From: Planctomycetota bacterium
Lineage (GTDB): Bacteria > Planctomycetota > UBA1135 > JACQFD01
Assembly (NCBI GenBank): GCA_046160785.1
Contig: JBJXHE010000112.1
Coordinates: 77,016-141,015, forward strand
Direction: 5' to 3'
Length of the DNA: 64,000 nucleotides
The translations under genes and the position numbers were made by a program. The notes under the pieces were generated by a model, which made no database searches, was not told the DNA's origin, and saw nothing but the letters and a program-made list of their open reading frames with translations. Of this stretch, positions 19,326-28,087 are shown piece after piece. Every line of letters begins with the position of its first letter. Within the stretch, counting starts at the first letter, position 1.

Positions 19326-20339
19326 TTATGATACGCGAACGTTAGTATCCGGCAGCTCGGAAAATACGCCTTGCCCCGACGGGTCGCGCCGAAGCGCCGT
19401 CGCAAGCGCGCCGTCGACGCCGTGCAGGCTCGCTTCCAGCACGTCGGGCGCGAGACCGCGTTTTCTTAAATTATCTTTTTCTTCGGCGCCGCGCCATCGC
19501 GTCACCCAGCGCATCAAATTCTCGCCGAGCGAACCGTAGTGAATTCGAAAATATGCAATTTTATTTCGGAAGTATTCGGCGGCGAACGCGGGATACAGCG
19601 AAGTCGACGCGCCGCCGTGATGGATCATGTTCGAATCGGCCAAATATCGTATTCGAAATCCTGCGGCGAGAATGCGTTTACACAGATCGACATCATTAAA
19701 GAACAAAAAAAGTTCCTCGTTGAGCAGCCCAACTCTATCTAATACATCCTTTCGGAGGCACATCGCCGCGCCGGGCGGCTGCTCCACGTCGCGGGAATCG
19801 ATATGATCAAAATCTTTAAAGAAGTGCCGGTTAATAATAGGATTATTGGGCCACCACCGCCCCGGCCGCGCATCATAAAAGATCGCGGATAGTAATGTTG
19901 GAAAACGCATGCACGCGCGCTGAATGGTGCCGTCGCGATTCCAGAGCCGCGAGGCCGCCGCGCCGTACTTCGGGTGCGTTTCCAAGAAATGAACTAATGC
20001 ATAGAATGCTCCCGGCGCGACTTCCGTGTCTGAATTTAACAATAAAATGTAGCGGCCGCGCGCCTCGCGAATGCCAATATTGTTTCCTCGCGCGTAGCCG
20101 TCGTTTTTGTTATTTCGAATCAAACGCACTCCCGGAAATTCGCGTTCGACCGCGTCCGGGCTCCCGTCTTTTGAAGCATTGTCGACAACAATAATTTCGC
20201 GCGACGGCGGCGCCGCGGCGGCTTCGACGGTTTCCAAACACTTTAATAATAGAGCCTTCGTGTTCCACGAAAGAATCACAATGGATAGATCGGGCGCCGC
20301 GGCGCCCGTGTGATTCTTATGGATAGATGACTGAGCCAC
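19326..20339 (-). CDS. GT2-family glycosyltransferase
   Basis: 337 aa. DLSIVILSWNTKALLLKCLETV...IIVVDNASKDGS; LLLNSDTEV. Confidence 0.85.
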   Translation of the reverse strand: MAQSSIHKNHTGAAAPDLSIVILSWNTKALLLKCLETVEAAAAPPSREIIVVDNASKDGSPDAVEREFPGVRLIRNNKNDGYARGNNIGIREARGRYILLLNSDTEVAPGAFYALVHFLETHPKYGAAASRLWNRDGTIQRACMRFPTLLSAIFYDARPGRWWPNNPIINRHFFKDFDHIDSRDVEQPPGAAMCLRKDVLDRVGLLNEELFLFFNDVDLCKRILAAGFRIRYLADSNMIHHGGASTSLYPAFAAEYFRNKIAYFRIHYGSLGENLMRWVTRWRGAEEKDNLRKRGLAPDVLEASLHGVDGALATALRRDPSGQGVFSELPDTNVRVS

Positions 20340-20360
20340 GGCGGATTTCGTTCGTTAATA

Positions 20361-21509
20361 TTACTGATACTGCGAGCGAAACGTCCACGTTCCGACAACG
20401 CTAAAATTCCGCGGATCGATCGCGCGAGCAAAAACGGGCGCGCCCGTTTTAAAGAAAACCCACGCGCGCTCCGAGAGCGTCCACGACCCGCCCGAACCGA
20501 GCGCGGTGGCGCAAAGGTAAAATCCGGAGTCGAGGCCGATTTGTATTAATGCCTCCGGAATCTCCTTTGAGAATGTTAGCTTCGGCGGATTTTCAACAAC
20601 TCCAAGATCCATGTACGGCGTCGCGGGCTTTCCCGAATATCTCCAAAAACGCGTCGCGGCCCCGTCGATTCTATCTAATAACGTAATGCCCATATAACCA
20701 TACCATTTTTGATAATAACGCCGGCGCGCGAGAGTCCAGCGCTTCATCGGATCGTCGTTCTTGGGAGCCGATGCTACAGAACGCGAAACGTAGTGAGTGA
20801 TCGCAGCCTGCGGAACATATAATAAATCGAGCCCGTCCACCAGGTATCGATGGCAAAGATCGCTGTCTTCATAAAAGAGCGGAAAGCGATTATCAAAAAA
20901 ACCGTGTTTATCAATCGTCGAACGGCGCGCCATGAGGCACGCGCCCGAAAGCATCTCGAGCGGGCCCGGCTCGTGAACGCGGTAGAAATGATACATTTCG
21001 CGCGCGAGGCGCAGCGAATATTCGAGCGAAGCGCGCTTCGAAAAACGCCCGCGGAATCGCTCCACTTCGTCGTCGAGCGACGGCAATTGATTGATCGGCA
21101 ACACTAATTCCATGTCGTCGTCGAGATAACCTTTCGGCCCGACGAGTCCGATGCGATCGTCTGTTAATAAACAATCGGTGAGATTCTCAAGACATCCCGG
21201 TTGATAAATAACATCTGGATTTGTAGCGAGTATAATCGGCGAATGGCTGTGTTTGAGCGCGAGGTTCATGCCGCCCGCGTAACCATCGTTGCTGTTGTGC
21301 CATATTAATGTAACGCCGAACCGGTCGCGGAGCTCCTCGTACGCGGCGCGAAACGACTCGCGCTTCGGAGAATTGTTATCTACAATTACAACTTCAATTT
21401 CCGCGGGCTCGCCATGAATGCGCTGCGCCCAGAGGGAATGCACCGCGCGCGGCAAATATTCTCCGCTATTGTAGCTTACAAAAAGCGCCGCGATACGCTT
21501 TGAATTCAT
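20361..21509 (-). CDS. GT2-family glycosyltransferase
   Basis: 382 aa. IAALFVSYNSGEYLPRAVHSL...VVIVDNNSP; NPDVIY; YEDSDLCHR. Confidence 0.85.
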   Translation of the reverse strand: MNSKRIAALFVSYNSGEYLPRAVHSLWAQRIHGEPAEIEVVIVDNNSPKRESFRAAYEELRDRFGVTLIWHNSNDGYAGGMNLALKHSHSPIILATNPDVIYQPGCLENLTDCLLTDDRIGLVGPKGYLDDDMELVLPINQLPSLDDEVERFRGRFSKRASLEYSLRLAREMYHFYRVHEPGPLEMLSGACLMARRSTIDKHGFFDNRFPLFYEDSDLCHRYLVDGLDLLYVPQAAITHYVSRSVASAPKNDDPMKRWTLARRRYYQKWYGYMGITLLDRIDGAATRFWRYSGKPATPYMDLGVVENPPKLTFSKEIPEALIQIGLDSGFYLCATALGSGGSWTLSERAWVFFKTGAPVFARAIDPRNFSVVGTWTFRSQYQ

Positions 21510-21547
21510 ATTATGATTATATTATTGTGTAACATTACAGTATAACA

Positions 21548-22801
21548 TTATTGCGGGGTCACCTCCGCAGGCGGCGGCGCCGGGCGGCCGCTCTCGACGA
21601 TCCAATCGTGTTGTTGCAAAACGAGGCCGACATCCTTCGTCCGATTACGAACATTAAGATTCTTGGGAGACATGACGTTGTCGTAGCGGTGCATCCCGTG
21701 CTCATCGAGCAAAACGCCGACAACTGTAAATTGCCCGGATAGCAATATTAATTTGGGGCACCGGTACGTGAGACATCCTTCCCCGCCCGGAATTTCAATG
21801 TTAGAAAACTCCGTGGAATCGGCCGTCACGATCGTCGCGTCGTTGCGCTGAAAAATAATGCCGACGTGAATCTTATATTCCTTCGGGTTCGGATTTTTAT
21901 ACCAAATGCGGACGTCGATCGCGTCGCCGGGAACGACATCGTACAATTCCTCGTCGGTTCCCAATTTATAGATTCGAACTGTATCAATGTGCGGCAGAGC
22001 GTCGCGCGAAGGCGCCTTTGAATACCATTCGCCGGGATTCCTTTCATTAGCATCGAGCGCGCGCGAAAAAGCCGTATAGTCATTTGTAACACTTACGGAA
22101 TCGCCGAGCATTTTCACTTCGCCGTGATCGAGCCAGATGGCAACATCGCACAATTGGCGAACGTCGTAGAGCGAGTGCGAGCAGAATACAATTGTCTTGC
22201 CGCGCCGGCGAAATTCATAAACTTTGTCGGCGCACTTTTTTGCAAAGTGCATATCTCCGACGGCGAACACTTCATCAATAATAAGTATTTCCGGGTCGAG
22301 ATGAATTGCTACAGAAAATCCGAGGCGCATTGCCATGCCGCTCGAGTACGTGCGCAGCGGGCGGTCGATGAAATCCCCCAATTCGGAAAATTCTAATATA
22401 ACAGGAAATAGTGCATCGAGTTCACGGCGCGTGAGTCCGAGCAGCGTTCCGTTTAGATATATATTTTCGCGGCCGGAAAATTCGGGGTGAAAGCCCGCTC
22501 CGAGTTCGAGCAGCGATGCGACGTCGCCCGCGAGGCGAAATCGGCCCGTCGACGCTTCCGTGGTTCCCGAAATAATTTTTAGTAATGTTGATTTTCCGGC
22601 GCCGTTTTGCCCGACGACGCCGAGCGCGTGGCCTCGTTCCACTTTAAATGTTACATCCTTCAGCGCGTGAAATTCTCGGTGAAAAATCCAATTTCCGAAC
22701 GACATCGCTTCCGCGACGCGGTGAATCGGAGAATTGTAACTTCGGTACGCTTTGCCGAGATTCTCGACTTCGATTGCATATTTTGGATCGCCGAACGCCA
22801 T
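21548..22801 (-). CDS. wzt: Polysaccharide/O-antigen ABC exporter ATP-binding protein with a C-terminal Wzt_C-like carbohydrate-binding domain
   Basis: 417 aa. Walker A GQNGAGKSTLLK, signature YSSGM, Walker B ILIIDE. A ~170 aa beta-rich C-terminal extension follows (IDTVRIYKLG...DVRIWYKNP...). Confidence 0.85.
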   Translation of the reverse strand: MAFGDPKYAIEVENLGKAYRSYNSPIHRVAEAMSFGNWIFHREFHALKDVTFKVERGHALGVVGQNGAGKSTLLKIISGTTEASTGRFRLAGDVASLLELGAGFHPEFSGRENIYLNGTLLGLTRRELDALFPVILEFSELGDFIDRPLRTYSSGMAMRLGFSVAIHLDPEILIIDEVFAVGDMHFAKKCADKVYEFRRRGKTIVFCSHSLYDVRQLCDVAIWLDHGEVKMLGDSVSVTNDYTAFSRALDANERNPGEWYSKAPSRDALPHIDTVRIYKLGTDEELYDVVPGDAIDVRIWYKNPNPKEYKIHVGIIFQRNDATIVTADSTEFSNIEIPGGEGCLTYRCPKLILLSGQFTVVGVLLDEHGMHRYDNVMSPKNLNVRNRTKDVGLVLQQHDWIVESGRPAPPPAEVTPQ

Positions 22802-22819
22802 AGATCGATTGTTATTATT

Positions 22820-23761
22820 TTATAATTCGTCGGAGAAGCGGCGTTTGGAAATGTAAAATAAAGAATATCCCACGATAAAAAACGCTAGCGAAGTGATCAG
22901 TACATTTTGACACTCGGCCCACGGCCATTCCATCGGAGCCATTTTTTGTAATTCGGCCGACCCGTCTTGTTTTAATCCCGGGTTCACAAGCACTTTTCGG
23001 TAGCCTTCCAAAAGATGATACATCGGGTTCGCGTCGAGCGCCCATTGATAACGATCGAGCGTTTCTTTTGAAATAACCGATGTCGACCAGAACACGGGCG
23101 TCGCGAACTGCCAGAAGGTCATAACAATTCCGAGAATCGGCTGCGTGTCGCGAACGAAGACATTCGCCGAAGCCGACGCGAGCGAAAGTCCGAGCGAGAG
23201 AGCCGCCTGAATAATAAACAATATGGGAAGCGCCGCAAGATACGGAGAAAACGCGTTCCAGCCCAGCAGCGGCGAAAGTAACAGATAGGCCGCGATCGCA
23301 ATTCCTTGGATCGTTAATGATACTAGAATCGTGTTGAGCGGAAGAATTTCGCTCGGGAACGCGATCTTTTTAATGAGATTTGAATTCTCAAGAATAATCG
23401 AACAATTGCGGGTTACGGATTCCGCGAAGCCCGACCAAACGACAACTCCTACAAATAAATAAACGGTAAACCAACTCTTTCCCTCGGCGTCTGCAACGCC
23501 AGCGACACCAAATTTTGCCTGAAGCAGCTCGGCGAACACGAAATAGTATACTAAGAAAAGAACGAGTGGCATCACGAACGGCCACGCCCATCCGAGCACC
23601 GTTCCGCGAAATCTTGATCGTAATTCGCGTGAATAGAAATTCCTAATAATCTCGCGATTCTTAATAACAAGCGAAGGATACAAAAACAACGCGGCCGCGC
23701 ACTCCCGCAATTGTTTCGATGCGGGAAGGCGCGCTTCCTTAATAATTTCTCCGCCTTTCAC
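22820..23761 (-). CDS. wzm: ABC-2 type polysaccharide exporter permease
   Basis: 313 aa (track length) with multiple hydrophobic spans. FYSRELRSRFRGTVLGWAWPFVMPL is typical of ABC-2 (Wzm/TagG) permeases. It sits directly upstream of wzt. Confidence 0.85.
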   Translation of the reverse strand: MKGGEIIKEARLPASKQLRECAAALFLYPSLVIKNREIIRNFYSRELRSRFRGTVLGWAWPFVMPLVLFLVYYFVFAELLQAKFGVAGVADAEGKSWFTVYLFVGVVVWSGFAESVTRNCSIILENSNLIKKIAFPSEILPLNTILVSLTIQGIAIAAYLLLSPLLGWNAFSPYLAALPILFIIQAALSLGLSLASASANVFVRDTQPILGIVMTFWQFATPVFWSTSVISKETLDRYQWALDANPMYHLLEGYRKVLVNPGLKQDGSAELQKMAPMEWPWAECQNVLITSLAFFIVGYSLFYISKRRFSDEL

Positions 23762-24346
23762 TTATTTTTTTGTTGTATCTTTCGGAGGTGCATTCTTAGT
23801 ATCCGTGGCCGTGCCGCCGAACCGCCGGTTGAAATCATCCGACGGCTCAAACGCGCGAACCTGGTTTTGTAGCATCATCGCAATACGGCGCGTGAGATCG
23901 ACGTCATCGGAGTCGGGCTCCCAAATCGCATGGTCTCGTTCGCCCGGCTTTTTTCGCTCCTCGTTTCGTTCACGTTCGACTCGCACGCGGACCGTTTTCG
24001 GCAACGGGCGGCCCGCGGCCGTAAGCGCTGCTATTTCTTCCGACGGCGCGTCGGCATCGGCAATTTCGATATGCGTGCGCCGGCGGTGCCCGCCGATTCC
24101 CTGGCCGCGCGGCACATAGAACGGCAAAAGGTTATATTGCCAAGTTGATACAATTTTTCCTTCGGCCGAGTCGCTTTCGGATATTTGCAAATCGTTGCGA
24201 CTTAATACAAATAAACATTCTTCGTGGAGGCGGGCGGGCGGATAATCGTCGACGCGAAATTCGGCCCACCGCGGCTCGATGCCCGCGCACGAAACGCCGC
24301 AGAAAGCGATAAGTAAACTAATAATAGTGAATCGGATTGCTAACAT
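23762..24346 (-). CDS. Hypothetical lipoprotein/secreted protein
   Basis: 194 aa. N-terminal signal-like segment MLAIRFTIISLLIAFCGVSCAG contains Cys residues. Gene junctions are tight with der upstream (1-nt gap) and wzm downstream (abutting). Confidence 0.6.
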   Translation of the reverse strand: MLAIRFTIISLLIAFCGVSCAGIEPRWAEFRVDDYPPARLHEECLFVLSRNDLQISESDSAEGKIVSTWQYNLLPFYVPRGQGIGGHRRRTHIEIADADAPSEEIAALTAAGRPLPKTVRVRVERERNEERKKPGERDHAIWEPDSDDVDLTRRIAMMLQNQVRAFEPSDDFNRRFGGTATDTKNAPPKDTTKK

Positions 24347-24347
24347 A

Positions 24348-25736
24348 TTAACGTCTCACCTTGCGCGCACGAGGAGCGCGCTTGGTTAGTAATTTGGCGC
24401 GTTGCACTTGTTCTTCGATCGGCGGAAGCGACACTTTTTCGCGCCGCCGGAATTTTATTTGTAAAGGTATTTCTTTACATTCAAACGATTCGCGAAAACG
24501 GTTCGCGAGGTATCGTTCATATTCCTGCGAAAACAATTTTGTTTCATTAACAAAAAGCACAAACGTCGGCGGATGCACGTCGACTTGCGTTCCGTAATAT
24601 AATTTTGCAATCATGCCACGCGCGGGAAATTGCTTTTCCGTCGCAGCTTCGAGCGTTCTGTTAAATTCACCGGTCGGAATCCGGAGGCCCGATTGTTTAT
24701 ATAAGTCCTGCGCGAGATCGAGCGATTGAAACACGCGCTCGCCTTTCACAGCCGACACGGCGATCACAGGGGCAAAACTAAGATTCGGCAGTTTCTCAGC
24801 AAGGTATTCTTTATATTTATCGAGCGTGAGGCCTTTCTCCTGAGCGAGGTCCCATTTGTTAGCAACAATAATCGTCGGTTTGAATTGATCCATACAAAAA
24901 CGCGCGAGATCTTTATCAACAATTGAAAGCTCGACCGAACAATCGAAAACTAATAAAACGACACTCGCGCGGCGGATCGCGCCCTCGGCGCGTTTCATCG
25001 AGAAGAATTCAATTCCGCTCTCAAGCGATTTCTTGCGGCGGAGCCCCGCCGTGTCGATGGCTAAGAATCGCGTTCCGCGATAGGAGAAATCAACATCGAT
25101 AGCGTCGCGCGTCGTGCCCGGCGTATCGCTAACAATCACGCGCTTCTCACGCGCGAGCGCGTTCACAAATGTACTTTTCCCGGCGTTGCGCTTTCCAACA
25201 ATTGCAATCTTTAATTCTGGTTCCGCGTCGGGCTCCTCGATCGGAAGCCCCGACGCCAACTCATCCATTAGATTGCCGACGCCGGAGCCGTCGAGCGCCG
25301 ACACGGTGTACGGGTCGCCGAATCCTAACTTATAAAATTCGCTAAGATTCTGCCGTGCATTTTTGGTTTCGCATTTGTTAGCTACTAAAATGACGTCCTT
25401 CTTCGAGCGGCGAAGGCGTTTCGCAACTTCGAGGTCGAGCGGATTCAGCCCGTCGATCGCGTCAACTAAAAATACAATTTTAGTAGCGCGCTCGATTCCG
25501 AGCGCGATCTGTTCCTCGATATGGAGTGCGAGATCCTGCTCGTCAATGATACCAATACCGCCAGTGTCGACGGCCTCGAACGTTCGTTTTCCAACTTTAA
25601 TAGTAGCTGTAATTCGATCGCGCGTCGTTCCCGCGGTCGGATCTGTTATCGACACGCGCCGGCCGGCAAACGCGTTCAGTAGTGTTGATTTGCCGACGTT
25701 GGGACGGCCCACAATCGCTATTTCGGGAAGCGCCAT
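24348..25736 (-). CDS. der: Ribosome-associated GTPase Der/EngA (two G domains plus KH-like domain)
   Basis: 462 aa. Two P-loops, GRPNVGKST and GKRNAGKST, with DTGG/DTAG and NKCE/NKWD motifs. Confidence 0.9.
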   Translation of the reverse strand: MALPEIAIVGRPNVGKSTLLNAFAGRRVSITDPTAGTTRDRITATIKVGKRTFEAVDTGGIGIIDEQDLALHIEEQIALGIERATKIVFLVDAIDGLNPLDLEVAKRLRRSKKDVILVANKCETKNARQNLSEFYKLGFGDPYTVSALDGSGVGNLMDELASGLPIEEPDAEPELKIAIVGKRNAGKSTFVNALAREKRVIVSDTPGTTRDAIDVDFSYRGTRFLAIDTAGLRRKKSLESGIEFFSMKRAEGAIRRASVVLLVFDCSVELSIVDKDLARFCMDQFKPTIIVANKWDLAQEKGLTLDKYKEYLAEKLPNLSFAPVIAVSAVKGERVFQSLDLAQDLYKQSGLRIPTGEFNRTLEAATEKQFPARGMIAKLYYGTQVDVHPPTFVLFVNETKLFSQEYERYLANRFRESFECKEIPLQIKFRRREKVSLPPIEEQVQRAKLLTKRAPRARKVRR

Positions 25737-25754
25737 AATTGATATATTAAATAC

Positions 25755-26543
25755 TTAGATGCGCGCCATCGCGCGATGGATTTGTGGGATGACGCGAACC
25801 CGGCTGAGACCGGCGCGCGCGACAGAAAGAAGTTCGTCGACGCGCTCATTCGAAATCGTATTTGTTATTTTCCGCAGCGGCGTCGCTGGCTGAATGATAA
25901 ATAACGCGCCGGGAATGGTTGATTTTACAATTTGTGCCGCTTCGGCAATTTCTTCATTTGTTACATCGGGCGTCACAACGCATTTGATACATGTGTCGAC
26001 GCCGGCTTGCGCACAACATTCATAAAAACGCCGGTGCGCCTGCCTGAAATCGCCCGTCTCCATCGTGCTCGGACACTTATAATCGGCGCTCACGTGATCG
26101 ACGAAGTTTATTACCTTTTCGAGTTCGCGCGTGTGTACGCCCGCGGTTTCCAAATGAATTCGGCGGCCCGCGGCGCGCAGCCTCGGAAATAGTAAATTTA
26201 AGAAATCGGCGTGAACGAGCGGTTCGCCGCCGGTGATCGATACCGTTCGCGGACCGTCGGGCGTTTCGGCGGTTTGAATAGCGTTAAGAATCGCGTCGAC
26301 CGTCGCAGGATTCGTTTGTATCCATTCGCCGTGTGCGTGAACAACTTTATCGCTAATAATTCTATCGCTAATAATCTTATAGTGGGGCTCCGCGAACCAC
26401 GTCGGCTCGCTATCACAATACAGGCAGCGGAGCGGACAGCCGGCGAATCTTACAAATGTCTGCGGTTCGCCCACGTAAGCGCCTTCGCCCTGAATGGAGG
26501 CGAAAACTTCGACGAGTGGCGCAGTGGCTTCGACCGGCGGCAT
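25755..26543 (-). CDS. queE: Radical-SAM 7-carboxy-7-deazaguanine synthase (QueE-like)
   Basis: 262 aa. FASIQGEGAYVGEPQTFVRFAGCPLRCLYCDS carries the QueE-type N-terminus and CX3CX2C cluster motif. Confidence 0.75.
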   Translation of the reverse strand: MPPVEATAPLVEVFASIQGEGAYVGEPQTFVRFAGCPLRCLYCDSEPTWFAEPHYKIISDRIISDKVVHAHGEWIQTNPATVDAILNAIQTAETPDGPRTVSITGGEPLVHADFLNLLFPRLRAAGRRIHLETAGVHTRELEKVINFVDHVSADYKCPSTMETGDFRQAHRRFYECCAQAGVDTCIKCVVTPDVTNEEIAEAAQIVKSTIPGALFIIQPATPLRKITNTISNERVDELLSVARAGLSRVRVIPQIHRAMARI

Positions 26544-26578
26544 ACAGATAATAGTAATTTGCGGTCAATACAAATCCG

Positions 26579-26623
26579 AATAAGTAATAATTCCGCGCGC
26601 CAACTGTTAATGGGCGCGGCGGA
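26579..26623 (-). terminator. Intrinsic terminator downstream of the small basic protein gene
   Basis: Minus-strand hairpin TTCCGCCGCGCC-loop-GGCGCGCGGAA (about 11 bp with one bulge), followed by TTATTACTTATT. Confidence 0.55.
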
Positions 26624-26642
26624 ATCTTACAATTCGAGAAAA

Positions 26643-26996
26643 CTACTTTTTCGCGGGAGCCTTCTTGTCGCCCGCCTTCGCGGCGGGAGCCGCAGCGGCT
26701 TTTCCGCCCGCAGGGGTTGCACCCTTGGCACCGGCTGGAGCCGCGCCCTTCGCGGCAGCCGCACCAGCGGGAGCCGCTGCTCCGGGAGCTGCCGCGCCTT
26801 CCGCTGCTTCTTTCTTAACAGCCTTTTTCTTAGCAACCTTGAATTGGGTTCGAACCTTGGGAAGGCCAAAAAGCGACGATTCTTCCTCGTTCCATTTTCC
26901 GGCGGCTTTCAAAATTTCGCAGCGCTCTTTGCGCGTCATTACGTTTCGAGACCGCTTTAACGCACCGCGCGGTGCGAGACTTCGATGAATCGACAT
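26643..26996 (-). CDS. Small basic protein family member fused to an Ala/Lys/Pro-rich histone-H1-like tail
   Basis: 117 aa. MSIHRSLAPRGALKRSRNVMTRKERCEILKAAGKWNEEESSLFGLPKV resembles, from memory, the PVC-type 'small basic protein' family. The C-terminal ~60 aa are A/K/P/G low-complexity sequence. Confidence 0.65.
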   Translation of the reverse strand: MSIHRSLAPRGALKRSRNVMTRKERCEILKAAGKWNEEESSLFGLPKVRTQFKVAKKKAVKKEAAEGAAAPGAAAPAGAAAAKGAAPAGAKGATPAGGKAAAAPAAKAGDKKAPAKK

Positions 26997-27044
26997 GGTT
27001 ATCTGTAGTTTTAATAAATTTGAAGGAATTGTTAGCTCGGTATT

Positions 27045-28043
27045 CTAGCGGGAAGTCGGCACGCGGTCAGCATCGGGCTGGCGCATAATAAATGAGTCCT
27101 GAAACGGACGCTGTTTAGCTTGTGATGAAAGGAACCCCGGTAAAGTCTGAAGTCGTTCTCGCAACTGAACTAGCGACGAATCGCGAGAGGATTCACCACT
27201 CCCCAGCAATACTACAATTTCAAACCGCGTCGCTTCCTTATCTTTTGGAAGCCGAACCGCTCGGGCGTCCGGAAAGCCGCGTTGGCGTAATTGCGAAACG
27301 GTTGTATTCGCGCGTTCGAGTCCGTCGGGCGAGTCGGAGTAGGCGATCGCGCGAATCACGTGGGTGTTATTTGTAACATTTTGAATCGACCCTGCGGACG
27401 CCGCATTTTCGTTCCCGCCGCTCGCGTTCGGATTATTAACATCAATTTCCGCGTTCGAATCACCCGGGCCGCTGCCGGCTGGATTCTGAAGCTCCGCTTG
27501 TTCCGTATTATTAAGATTCGTGCCGTTGGATCCTGAATTTGATATATCCCCCTGGGAGCCAGGCGAGAATTTCTGCCACGCAAAAACAACCGCGCCGACA
27601 AAAGCTACAAAAAGTATTGGATATATTATGATCCGCGAAAGCATCTCGGGCGTCATGCCGCGGCGTTTCGCGCCGGGCGCCGCGTGCGCGGGAGAATTCG
27701 CGATTTGTGATAACGTGATCGGTTCTTCGCGCGTCGATTCGACGTGCATGCGCGGCGGCGCAGCCTTTACATTTGATGGATTCGGAACAACTGCACTATT
27801 CGTATCCGTGTTATTTGTAGTATGGCGCACGCCCGCAGCCTGCGGCGCCGGCCGCGCGCGCAGCGGCTGGCGCGGCGGAGACGGACGAACGCCGTCGGAA
27901 GTTTCGATCCGTGCCGGCGGCGAAATGCGTACCTGCGGCTCGGCCGGATTTGTATCGACGCGATCGCGCACCGGCTCGGCCGCCCCGTCCTGCGACTGGG
28001 AGCGTTGCAAAAGCAAAGATAATAAATCGCGTTTGTTCGACAT
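27045..28043 (-). CDS. Single-pass membrane protein with a Pro/Asn-rich linker and a C-terminal SPOR-like domain
   Basis: 332 aa. TM segment IIIYPILFVAFVGAVVFAW. C-terminal segment VIRAIAYSDSPDGLERANTTVSQLRQRGFPDARAVRL...FEIVVLLGS resembles SPOR domains. Confidence 0.55.
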   Translation of the reverse strand: MSNKRDLLSLLLQRSQSQDGAAEPVRDRVDTNPAEPQVRISPPARIETSDGVRPSPPRQPLRARPAPQAAGVRHTTNNTDTNSAVVPNPSNVKAAPPRMHVESTREEPITLSQIANSPAHAAPGAKRRGMTPEMLSRIIIYPILFVAFVGAVVFAWQKFSPGSQGDISNSGSNGTNLNNTEQAELQNPAGSGPGDSNAEIDVNNPNASGGNENAASAGSIQNVTNNTHVIRAIAYSDSPDGLERANTTVSQLRQRGFPDARAVRLPKDKEATRFEIVVLLGSGESSRDSSLVQLRERLQTLPGFLSSQAKQRPFQDSFIMRQPDADRVPTSR

Positions 28044-28087
28044 GCCGGAGTTTACGAACGCCGTGTTAGCTTTGGTAATTTAACACA

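Noticed and set aside
19301-19405. A 35-codon upstream extension of the second PIG-L gene (MRRRFGATRRGKAYFPSCRILTF...).
   Set aside because: It would overlap the 3' end of the upstream GT2 gene by 80 nt and adds basic junk sequence. The internal ATG at 19300 gives a normal PIG-L N-terminus.
26211-26960. A 249-aa plus-strand ORF spanning queE and the small basic protein gene.
   Set aside because: It is antisense to two well-supported genes, crosses their intergenic terminator, and has an Arg/Ser/Gly-rich composition typical of spurious GC-rich ORFs.
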